From the NCBI GenBank assembly GCA_029246845.1, contig JAQWMJ010000021.1, positions 1 through 34,372 on the forward strand: a DNA stretch of 34,372 nt, given 5' to 3'. Within the stretch, counting starts at the first letter, position 1. Every line of letters begins with the position of its first letter. A program made the translations under genes and the position numbers. The notes under the pieces were generated by a model. It worked only from the letters and a program-made list of their open reading frames with translations. It was not told the origin of the DNA and searched no databases. Positions 8,898 through 17,474 of the stretch are shown here, piece by piece. The stretch is from Thermodesulfobacteriota bacterium. Its GTDB lineage: Bacteria > Desulfobacterota_D > UBA1144.

Positions 8898-9046
8898 AAG
8901 GATTATTCTACTAAATTAGAATTTTTCTAACTTAAATGAGTTTAGCACACGGGATAAAGCTTCTGATAGCGACAAGAGGAAACTTTCATTTCAGCTCATA
9001 AGATAAATAAAAATCCTAAAATGGCAAGCAAAGTAAAATATTTATC

Positions 9047-9841
9047 TTAATGTAGTTTCCTAATTTCTGCCTTAGCAGAAGAATTATATACCTCCATCGC
9101 ATCAGGTAGTAATTTTTTTATCTCTGCTATTCTTTTTTGAGTTGGGGGGTGGGTACTTAACCATGCAGGCGGTCTTTTCTGGTCTTTATTTTTTTCATAC
9201 ATAATTTCCCAGAATTTTACTGCCTCCTGAGGATTATATCCCGCCCTAGCCATATAAATTAGTCCTATTTCATCGGCTTCGTGTTCGTGGGCTCTGCTAA
9301 ATGGCAAAATGGCGCCAACCAGAACAGTTGGAATATAAGCCTGGAATACTGCATATTGAACAGCAGGATCTTTATCCCTCATTGCGATTTGCAGCGCTAT
9401 TGCGCCAACTTGTGCAAGAATACCGAGACTAATCCTCTCTCCACCATGCCTTGCTGTAGCATGTGCAATTTCATGTGCCATAACAGCTGCTATTTGCGCT
9501 TCATTTTCCATTATATCTAGAATGCCTTCATAAAATGCTATCTTACCGCCCGGAAGGCACCAAGCATTTATAAGATCTGAATCAAGAACAGAAAACTCCC
9601 ACTGATAGTTTTTGCTTGTTACAGGTGCAATTCTAAACCCTACTCGTTCTACGGCATTTAGATAAACTTTGTTCGTAGACTTTTTAGCTTCTTTTAGAGC
9701 TTGCGAATATGCAGATGAGCCAAGATTTAGCTCTTGATATTCGGAAAGTAAAATTAACTGACTTCTGCCAGTAATAGGAGCAGTAGTACAAGAAATGAAG
9801 ATACAAATAAAAGAAAAAACTAAAAAGTATCTTCTAAACAT
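9047..9841 (-). CDS. M48 family Zn metallopeptidase lipoprotein (Oma1/LoiP-like)
   Basis: Lipobox FISC, NAWCLPGGKI, HEIAH zinc motif, FSRAHEHEAD and WLSTHP. Confidence 0.92.
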   Translation of the reverse strand: MFRRYFLVFSFICIFISCTTAPITGRSQLILLSEYQELNLGSSAYSQALKEAKKSTNKVYLNAVERVGFRIAPVTSKNYQWEFSVLDSDLINAWCLPGGKIAFYEGILDIMENEAQIAAVMAHEIAHATARHGGERISLGILAQVGAIALQIAMRDKDPAVQYAVFQAYIPTVLVGAILPFSRAHEHEADEIGLIYMARAGYNPQEAVKFWEIMYEKNKDQKRPPAWLSTHPPTQKRIAEIKKLLPDAMEVYNSSAKAEIRKLH

Positions 9842-9843
9842 TG

Positions 9844-11016
9844 CTATGAAAGAAACTCTTTCATTCTTTTAATTCCCTCTGTGATATCATCATCATGAAC
9901 GGCATAGGTAACTCTAACAAAACCTTCGCCTTGTGTACCAAAAGCTGTACCGGCAACAACTGCAACTCCAGCATCTACGACCAATTTGTCTGTAAATTCC
10001 TGAGAAGTCATACCTGTTCCAGTTATATCAGGGAAACAATAGAAAGATCCCGGCGGTGTCATACAAGTTACACCCGGAAGGCTATTTAATCCTTCAACCA
10101 TTAAATTTCTTTTCTTTTGAAGCAAATCTCTCTTTTCTATAGTCCAATCTTGTGGTCCTGTAACTGCTTCAAATGCAGCTCTTTGAATAAAAGCAGCAAC
10201 ATTAGTAATAGAGTCTTGAAGGAAGATTGAAAGTTTTGTAATTATTTCTTCATTCGCAACAGCGAAGCCGATTCTCCAACCTGTCATTGCATAAGTCTTA
10301 GACCAAGTGTCAATAACGATACACCTATCTTTCATCTCAGGTATTGATGAAATTGTTTTATGCTTACCGCCATCATAAATAACTTGACTGAAAATTTCAT
10401 CAGTTATAACTAGTAAGTTAGGATGCTTCAACACTATTTCAGCAATTGCTTCTGGATTTTCAACAATTTGACCATTAGGTCTTTGTGGAGTGTTGATAAT
10501 TAAGAGTTTTGTTTTATCAGTAATCATCGTGTCAAGTTTGTCTAAATCATACTGCCAATCAGTCTGGTTCAATGGTGTGTGATCTATTTTTGCATTAGCA
10601 TACTTTGCCCATACTTCATCTGGTGGATATCCAGGATTAGGGAATATAACATGGTCACCATCTTCGAGTAAAGTTAACAATGTCATAGTTAATGCATTCT
10701 TGGCACCAGCACAAATTATAACCTCTTCGGGCTTTGTACCTGGTCTTCTTTCTTTCATTACTTCATGGGCAATATGCTCTCTTAATTCTGGCAAACCGGG
10801 ACCCGGGTCATATCGAACATATCCTGCTTCTAGTGCATCTACGGTTGCTTTTAGAATATGCTCCGGTGTTTCAAAATCTGAACCTTGATAATCGCCCTTT
10901 TCAAAATGTACAATCTTCTTACCTGTCTCTTTTTCTAACTTCTTGGCGACCCTCATACTATCCCATTGCTTTGGTAGAGTGAAATGATCAGTTCTTTTGC
11001 TAAAATTATATTTCAT
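9844..11016 (-). CDS. Class I/II PLP-dependent aminotransferase-fold enzyme with atypical active-site motifs
   Basis: PGLPELR, GAKNAL, PLP-lysine motif WSKTYAMTGWRIG, GSFYCF and FVRVTYA; SD GGAGGA upstream. Confidence 0.9.
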   Translation of the reverse strand: MKYNFSKRTDHFTLPKQWDSMRVAKKLEKETGKKIVHFEKGDYQGSDFETPEHILKATVDALEAGYVRYDPGPGLPELREHIAHEVMKERRPGTKPEEVIICAGAKNALTMTLLTLLEDGDHVIFPNPGYPPDEVWAKYANAKIDHTPLNQTDWQYDLDKLDTMITDKTKLLIINTPQRPNGQIVENPEAIAEIVLKHPNLLVITDEIFSQVIYDGGKHKTISSIPEMKDRCIVIDTWSKTYAMTGWRIGFAVANEEIITKLSIFLQDSITNVAAFIQRAAFEAVTGPQDWTIEKRDLLQKKRNLMVEGLNSLPGVTCMTPPGSFYCFPDITGTGMTSQEFTDKLVVDAGVAVVAGTAFGTQGEGFVRVTYAVHDDDITEGIKRMKEFLS

Positions 11017-11170
11017 AATAAGTCCTCCGAGGAATTCCTGATAGCTAAACTAAAGGGAAAAGTATAAAATATATATCTTCTTTGTCTAGATAAATCATGT
11101 TTTATTTTTATCTTCCTTTCAACTCAATATTTAGGTAGATTATTCTTATATTTCTAAGAAGGTTGTTAAA

Positions 11171-12247
11171 TTGCAGGATATAAACAAGAATAAGAAGGTT
11201 AAGGCTATTGAAGTTAGTGAGGATAGGACCATATCTGAACTATTGCAACTAATGGAAAATACTGGTTTTCAAGGAAAAAGCCTGGGAAGAACAGTCACAA
11301 TTTTAGAAAAAATGGCAAAAGATCCGGATATCACCATTCTCTTTGGTTATGCTGGCTCATTATCAACAACAGGTCAATGGAAAATAATAAACTGGTTAAT
11401 GGAAAAGAATTTGATAGACATTCTTGTTCCAACTGGTGCAAATATAGCAGAAGATATTGTTGAAGCCATGGGTGGAGCATATATTCAATCCTCACATATT
11501 AATTCTGATGAAGAATTATTTAAAAAGGGTTTCAATCGATATTATGATATTTTAGGCGATGAAGTCGAATATCTGGAAATGACCGAATTAATAACCGAAT
11601 TTATTTTGACTCTCAACGATGATTATAATTATTCTTCAAGAGAATTCTTATACGAATTCGGAAATTGGCTATCAGATAAAAATATCGATTCTATAGTCTC
11701 TGTAGCGGCCAAAAAAAATATACCAATTTTCTGTCCTGCTTTTCCAGATAGTCCATATGGCGATGCTGGATTAATAGCAAGCTCAAAAGGATTTAAGCTC
11801 ACTATAGATTCGATGAAAGACTATCGTGAATACATGTCTTTAGCTGAAAATGTAAAAGATACTGGTGTAATTTATATTGGTGGTGGGGTTCCAAAAGATT
11901 GGATTCAACTTATATCCGTTACAGCAGACCTACTTTATGATGAAAGGGCAGTGCCAAATAGAAAGAATGCAAAGTATCGTGAAAATGTTGGCCCTAAAGA
12001 AAGCTATTACCCTCACAGATATGCAGTGCAAATAACAACAGATTCACCTCAATGGGGTGGATTATCTGGATGTACTTTTGAAGAAGCTGTCTCTTGGGGC
12101 AAAGAGGACCCCAATGGTGAGTTGGTTCAATGTTACTGTGATGCAACAATTGCACTGCCATTAATATCTCATTCTCTAGCCGAAAGAATGGGCAACTTTA
12201 AAAGGGACTCGAAAGAACTAAATTCTCTTATCAAAAATGTTGACTAA
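11171..12247 (+). CDS. Deoxyhypusine synthase-like protein (DHS/homospermidine synthase SpeY family)
   Basis: TGFQG, TGANI, GGGVPK, QITTDSPQWGGLSGCTFEEAVSWGK (catalytic Lys) and CDATIALP. Confidence 0.92.
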   Translation: MQDINKNKKVKAIEVSEDRTISELLQLMENTGFQGKSLGRTVTILEKMAKDPDITILFGYAGSLSTTGQWKIINWLMEKNLIDILVPTGANIAEDIVEAMGGAYIQSSHINSDEELFKKGFNRYYDILGDEVEYLEMTELITEFILTLNDDYNYSSREFLYEFGNWLSDKNIDSIVSVAAKKNIPIFCPAFPDSPYGDAGLIASSKGFKLTIDSMKDYREYMSLAENVKDTGVIYIGGGVPKDWIQLISVTADLLYDERAVPNRKNAKYRENVGPKESYYPHRYAVQITTDSPQWGGLSGCTFEEAVSWGKEDPNGELVQCYCDATIALPLISHSLAERMGNFKRDSKELNSLIKNVD

Positions 12248-12850
12248 CTCAAGAGCTGATTTTGATGGATCATCTACTCCAAAGACTGAATTAATAACTG
12301 CAATACCATCAACACCAACATTGAGGATTTCACTTATATTGGAATTATCTATTCCACCAATAGCAAATATAGGGGTTTTGGTGACCTTATTAACTATTTC
12401 AACTATCTGGGAAAGCTCTGTTTTTATTCTCTCGGGTTTGGTTTTTGTAAAATATGGAGTCCCTATAGCAATATAGTCTGCCCCGAGCTCTGAGAACTTA
12501 ATACATCTGTCTATGTCTCCATAGCACGAAACTCCTATGATTTTATTATGCCCTATCATGTCTCTAATTCTTAAGTAAGCATCATCTAGATGTCCTATGT
12601 GAACCCCGTCCGCTCCTGAATCAATTGCAACATCGGGGTAATCATTAACAATAAACTTTACTCCGTACCTGGCCGAAATTTCCCTAATCTTTTTGGCTTT
12701 ATTAAGCAGGTCTTTCTTGTCAACATTTTTTGCCCTAAGTTGAATAAATTGAGGCTTGTGCCTTAATACCGAATCTATAACATTAAAATAATTATTTTCA
12801 GAAATTAGAGATTCATCTGTTATAAAGTATAAACCATTAAGCTTTTCCAT
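12218..12850 (-). CDS. thiE: Thiamine-phosphate synthase
   Basis: LYFITD, QLRAK, FIVND, ADGVHIG, IIGVSC, TKTK and AIGGI. Confidence 0.93.
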   Translation of the reverse strand: MEKLNGLYFITDESLISENNYFNVIDSVLRHKPQFIQLRAKNVDKKDLLNKAKKIREISARYGVKFIVNDYPDVAIDSGADGVHIGHLDDAYLRIRDMIGHNKIIGVSCYGDIDRCIKFSELGADYIAIGTPYFTKTKPERIKTELSQIVEIVNKVTKTPIFAIGGIDNSNISEILNVGVDGIAVINSVFGVDDPSKSALELVNIFDKRI

Positions 12851-12851
12851 T

Positions 12852-14180
12852 TTACAAAATATTATTTTCTAGAGCCTTCATAACTTTGTCAAGATCAGCT
12901 TCTACTTCTATTGGATGATTTGAGAATTGATTTGATATACCCTCTAACTGTTCAAGATGATAATTAATTTTAAAATCTACAAATTTTAAACCATGGGCTG
13001 TTGAAATAATTACGACTTTATCAGATTTTTTTATAATATTTTTCTTAACTAGTTTTTCAAAGGCAGTAATCGCAACTCCTGTATGAGGACAATTGAATGT
13101 TCCAGTTAAATCGACTTTAGCAGATGCGCTAGCAAGCTCGTCTTCATTTGCCTGCTCAACAATTCCATCAAAAGCTCTTAAAATTTTAATAGCTTTATTT
13201 ACACTGACAGGGTCTCCAATCTGAATCGCATTTGCCAATGTGGTTTTAGCCAATACAGGATCAAATGTTTCAAAATCATTAAGAAAGCTTTGATATAAGG
13301 GATTTGCATTCTCTGCTTGAGCGCAGACCAGGCGAGGCAATTTAGATATCAGACCCATTTCTTTTAACATTAAAAAACCTTTCCCAAGTGCGGAGATGTT
13401 CCCCAAGTTACCTCCAGGAATTATTACCCAATCAGGAATTTGCCAATCAAACTGTTGACACAATTCAATACTAATAGTTTTTTGACCTTCAATTCTTAAG
13501 GAATTAATAGAGTTCGCTAAGTATATTTGCTGTCTTCTACAAACCTCTTGTACAATTTTCATGCATCCATCAAAATCAGTATCCAGCGAAACAACAGAGG
13601 CTCCATTAGCTAATGGCTGAACCAATTGTGCCACAGACACCTTATTTTTAGGAAGAAAGACAATCGATTTAAGTCCAGCAGAAGCACAATATGCACTTAA
13701 TGCAGCAGATGTGTCGCCTGTTGAAGCACAAGCTAAAGCCCTAATCTCCTTGCCATTCGATATTAATTGTTTAACAGTAGAAACTAAAACAGTCATACCC
13801 AAATCTTTAAAAGATCCAGTATGGCTATTACCACACATCTTAATCCACAGATCTTCAACGCCCATCTGCTTTCCATATTTTTCAGCCCAGAATAAGTTTG
13901 TTCCACCTTCATACATTGAAACAATATTCTTGTCTTCTATAAAAGGAACAACCCATTCTTTCTTCCCCCAAACACCACTACCATAAGGCCAACTTTGTTT
14001 TCTATAGCGCGAATCAAATAAATCCTTCCAATATTTAGGTTTCTCTTTCTTGAGTTCATCAAGATCATGTTCAACTTCTAACAAACTTCCAGTCTTTGGA
14101 CATCTATAAATAACCTCATCAATATCATATTTATATTCTGGATTTTCGATACTTTGAAACCAGCAACTATATTTATGCAT
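12852..14180 (-). CDS. thrC: Threonine synthase (plant-type subfamily)
   Basis: HTGSFKDLGM PLP-lysine motif, CASTGDTSAALSAY, PGGNLGN and STAHGLKF. Confidence 0.96.
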   Translation of the reverse strand: MHKYSCWFQSIENPEYKYDIDEVIYRCPKTGSLLEVEHDLDELKKEKPKYWKDLFDSRYRKQSWPYGSGVWGKKEWVVPFIEDKNIVSMYEGGTNLFWAEKYGKQMGVEDLWIKMCGNSHTGSFKDLGMTVLVSTVKQLISNGKEIRALACASTGDTSAALSAYCASAGLKSIVFLPKNKVSVAQLVQPLANGASVVSLDTDFDGCMKIVQEVCRRQQIYLANSINSLRIEGQKTISIELCQQFDWQIPDWVIIPGGNLGNISALGKGFLMLKEMGLISKLPRLVCAQAENANPLYQSFLNDFETFDPVLAKTTLANAIQIGDPVSVNKAIKILRAFDGIVEQANEDELASASAKVDLTGTFNCPHTGVAITAFEKLVKKNIIKKSDKVVIISTAHGLKFVDFKINYHLEQLEGISNQFSNHPIEVEADLDKVMKALENNIL

Positions 14181-15015
14181 TTGCTAATTCCTGCTTCATT
14201 ATTTCGTACGGTGGCTCTACATTTTCCCAAATGCTGAAGCTTTCAGCGCCCTGATAGGCCAACATATCCATTCCATTCAAAATTTTAGCTCCTGCTTGTT
14301 GAGCAGAGGATAGAAGTTTTGATACCGGGGGAGTATAGACTAAATCATAGACAAAATGCCTAGAAGAAAAGACTTCTTTTGAAATTAATAGTGGATCATT
14401 ATCTTTCATGCCTATAGGTGTACAGTTAATAATCAAATCACATTGGCTTGAAAAACTATCAACTTCAGTTGAGCTAATTAATTCGACATTTGTTTTATAA
14501 TTAAATTTACCTATGTGAACCAACAATTCCTGGGCTTTTATGGTATCTATATCAAAAATTGCCAAAGATTTTAACTCAGCTTGGCATAGTTTTGCGGTTA
14601 CAGCTTTTGCTGCTCCACCCGCTCCGAGTATTATTGCTGATTTATTTTCTGGCTTAAATCCCAAATCTATGAAAAGTGATTTTTTGAAACCTAACCCATC
14701 AGTATTGTCGCCTATGAGCTTCCCATCTTTTGGATATAAAGTATTAACAGAGCCAATCATTGAAGCTTCGTCTGTTAAAATATCAACAAAATTAATCACA
14801 GGTTCTTTAAAAGGGATAGTGACATTTGACCCAGATAAAACTCCAGACCTAATCAAAGAACATACATGCTCAAGGTCATTATCTTGAGGCTCCAAAGGTA
14901 CATAGCAAGCATTTATATTAAGCTCCTTAAATGCCGCGTTGTGCATATTTGGGGACTTGCTGTGCTTAACCGGATTTCCAATTACGGAGTAAACCTTAGT
15001 ATTTCCATAAATCAT
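14173..15015 (-). CDS. aroE: Shikimate dehydrogenase
   Basis: GNPVKHSKSPNMHN, NVTIPFK, GSVNT, GDNTDG, GAGGAA, NCTPIGM and DLVYTP. Confidence 0.96.
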   Translation of the reverse strand: MIYGNTKVYSVIGNPVKHSKSPNMHNAAFKELNINACYVPLEPQDNDLEHVCSLIRSGVLSGSNVTIPFKEPVINFVDILTDEASMIGSVNTLYPKDGKLIGDNTDGLGFKKSLFIDLGFKPENKSAIILGAGGAAKAVTAKLCQAELKSLAIFDIDTIKAQELLVHIGKFNYKTNVELISSTEVDSFSSQCDLIINCTPIGMKDNDPLLISKEVFSSRHFVYDLVYTPPVSKLLSSAQQAGAKILNGMDMLAYQGAESFSIWENVEPPYEIMKQELANA

Positions 15016-15908
15016 AAATTACTTTCCTCACCAAACCTTTTTTTCGCAAAAAGAACATCTTTCTTTATATTCTCTATAAGTTCTTCAACAGTATCAAACT
15101 TTTTTTCACTTCTAATTCTTTCGATAAACTCTATTCTGATGTTCACACCATAGATGAATTCATTAAAATCAAAAAGATGAGACTCAATCAATAAATCTTT
15201 CTTTCCAAAAGTTGGCCTATATCCGATGTTAGTTATACCATTATATTTTTTACAATTTAAGATAATATGAGTCACATAAACCCCAGATTTAGGAAAGAAG
15301 TTCCAATCTGTACTTAAATTGGTTGTTGGGAAACCAATCTCTCTTCCACGCTTTTCACCTTCTACAACCTTACCCTTGATATAATAATTTCTGCCTAAGA
15401 ACTTATTAACCTGGGGAATTAATCCATCTTTCAAATAGTCTTTAATAACAGTCGAACTTACTTTTTTATCACCAATTTTCTCTATATCTATTGGATAAAC
15501 ATTAAACTTCGAGTTTTTATATCTTTTTAAAGTATCAACATCGCCAGAGGCTTTTATGCCAAATCTAAAATCTTTACCCACAACTATATTGATAGGATTG
15601 TTTTTCTCTAAAAATTGCTCTATAAAATCTTCGGGGCTCATCTTTGAGATTTCTTTACTAAACTTAATTTCGTCTACACTTTTTATAGATAGCTCACTTA
15701 ATAGGCCTATCTTTTCTGAATATGGAAGTATTAAATCGATATTTTTGTTTAAAATCACTTCTCTAGGGTGAGGATTAAATGTAACCACAGTCAATTGTGT
15801 ACCAGAATCATTAGCAATTTGCTGTGCGAAGTTTATTAGAGATTGGTGGCCAATGTGAACCCCATCAAAATTACCAATCAATAATGTTTTAGAATTTTCT
15901 TTTAGCAT
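15012..15908 (-). CDS. ribF: Bifunctional riboflavin kinase/FAD synthetase
   Basis: GNFDGVHIGHQ, VGKDFRFG, GREIGFPTTN, NIGYRPTF and ESHLFDF. Confidence 0.96.
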   Translation of the reverse strand: MLKENSKTLLIGNFDGVHIGHQSLINFAQQIANDSGTQLTVVTFNPHPREVILNKNIDLILPYSEKIGLLSELSIKSVDEIKFSKEISKMSPEDFIEQFLEKNNPINIVVGKDFRFGIKASGDVDTLKRYKNSKFNVYPIDIEKIGDKKVSSTVIKDYLKDGLIPQVNKFLGRNYYIKGKVVEGEKRGREIGFPTTNLSTDWNFFPKSGVYVTHIILNCKKYNGITNIGYRPTFGKKDLLIESHLFDFNEFIYGVNIRIEFIERIRSEKKFDTVEELIENIKKDVLFAKKRFGEESNL

Positions 15909-15935
15909 TTACAAAGAAATATTAACACAAATATT

Positions 15936-17474
15936 TTAATATTTTTTCCAAAATGATGGAATTAGTAAAGCAAAAATCGTAAAAATTTCCAACCTACCTA
16001 ATAACATAAGAAAAGATAGAAGAACCTTAGAGCTTGATGAGAAGAAAGCATAATGCTGATGAGGGTTAATTTGTTCAAATCCAGGCCCAACATTTGTTAT
16101 ACATGATAGAACCGCAGAAAATGCTGTAAAAGCAGTTACATTGCTTTCAAATACCATTATCAGTATTGGGGCAATAGTACAAATAAGGATATATAATCCC
16201 ATAAAACTGAATACACCTGAAACAATTTCTTCGTCTATTGATTTTCCGTTTATCTTGACTGTCGAAACTATGTTAGGGCTAACTCTTCTTTTAATTTCAA
16301 TCATCATTCTTTTAAATATTATCAATAGTCTAATTATCTTAATACCACCAGTTGTTGAACCAGAACACCCACCTAAAATCATAAAAACTAATAAAATAAT
16401 TTTTGTATGCTTGGTCCATAAGTCAAAATTAAATGATGTAAACCCTGTTCCGGTTGAAAGAGATATTGATTGAAATATTCCATACCTTAGAGCTTGGTAA
16501 AATGATTCAAAATCATAAAATTTATTTATAGAAAAGACCACGAAAATAATTAAAAGAAAGTTAATAAAGACATAGGCCTTAAATTCTGAATTCTCAATAA
16601 TTTTCTTATAATTCCCGCTAATCAAAAAATAAAAGACAGCGAAACTAATACCTGACAAGAACATGAATAAAACTATAATAGATTCAATTAAAATACTATC
16701 TAATGATTCAATATTAAGTGGATAGCTTGAAAAACCACCCGAAGAAACAGTGCTCAGAGTGTGGATTACAGAATCAAATAAATTTAAGTTTGTTAGAGTG
16801 CACAATAGTAAACCCAGGGTTATAGATAGTCCTACGTAAATGTACAAAAGAGTTATGCCTGTCTCATAAAGCCTTGGTGTAATTCTTTCTTTTTGTGGCC
16901 CTGAGCCTTCTTGGTCCGTAGCAATCTGCATTACACCTACAGAGATTCTTGGGAAGACCACCAATACTAAAAGAATAATTCCTATTCCACCTAACCACTG
17001 ACATAGTGATCGCCAAAAAATTAAGAATTGATGATTCGCCACATCGGGAAAAGGGCTAAAAGAAGTAGCGCCAGTTGTTGTTATACCGGAAATAGATTCA
17101 AATATTGAATTTACTATTATATTTGATTGAAAAATCGGGGAATCGATTAAGCCAAATAGATTAATTGAAGAAAAAATATATGGTAAGGAGCCCAGAAGTC
17201 CTGCTACTAGCCATACTAGAGAAGCTAGAAGAAAGCCATCTTTTCTGGTTAAATCTTTTTTGAGCGATACTGAGTCATTAAAAGCTCGAGAAAGAGAAAA
17301 GCCTAATATTACAGTAATGATAGAAGATAAAAGAAAAGGAATTACTTGATAATATAATGGATTAGATTCCGGGATATGTCGTGGGAAAAAAAATACCACG
17401 GCTGGTAGCAATAGGAAGAAACCGAAATAAGTAATAAACTGTGAAATTAAATAGGCTGACTTTTTCAAATTCAT
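15936..17474 (-). CDS. trkH: Trk potassium uptake membrane protein
   Basis: Four pore-loop signatures (SGITTTGAT, VSSGGFS, STGTGFT, TNVGPG), GGCSGSTTGGIK and MLLGRLEIF. Confidence 0.95.
   Translation of the reverse strand: MNLKKSAYLISQFITYFGFFLLLPAVVFFFPRHIPESNPLYYQVIPFLLSSIITVILGFSLSRAFNDSVSLKKDLTRKDGFLLASLVWLVAGLLGSLPYIFSSINLFGLIDSPIFQSNIIVNSIFESISGITTTGATSFSPFPDVANHQFLIFWRSLCQWLGGIGIILLVLVVFPRISVGVMQIATDQEGSGPQKERITPRLYETGITLLYIYVGLSITLGLLLCTLTNLNLFDSVIHTLSTVSSGGFSSYPLNIESLDSILIESIIVLFMFLSGISFAVFYFLISGNYKKIIENSEFKAYVFINFLLIIFVVFSINKFYDFESFYQALRYGIFQSISLSTGTGFTSFNFDLWTKHTKIILLVFMILGGCSGSTTGGIKIIRLLIIFKRMMIEIKRRVSPNIVSTVKINGKSIDEEIVSGVFSFMGLYILICTIAPILIMVFESNVTAFTAFSAVLSCITNVGPGFEQINPHQHYAFFSSSSKVLLSFLMLLGRLEIFTIFALLIPSFWKKY

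Noticed and set aside
8739..8930. 63-aa plus-strand ORF in the intergenic gap
   Set aside because: Low-complexity K/I/N/F translation of AT-rich DNA, no SD, and it overlaps minus-strand promoter and terminator signals.
8960..8985. Hammerhead-like CTGAT...GAAAC
   Set aside because: The core is CTGATAG rather than CUGANGA and no proper stems form.
12851..12900. TPP riboswitch upstream of thiE
   Set aside because: thiE starts 1 bp after the thrC stop, so there is no room, and no TPP motif was seen.
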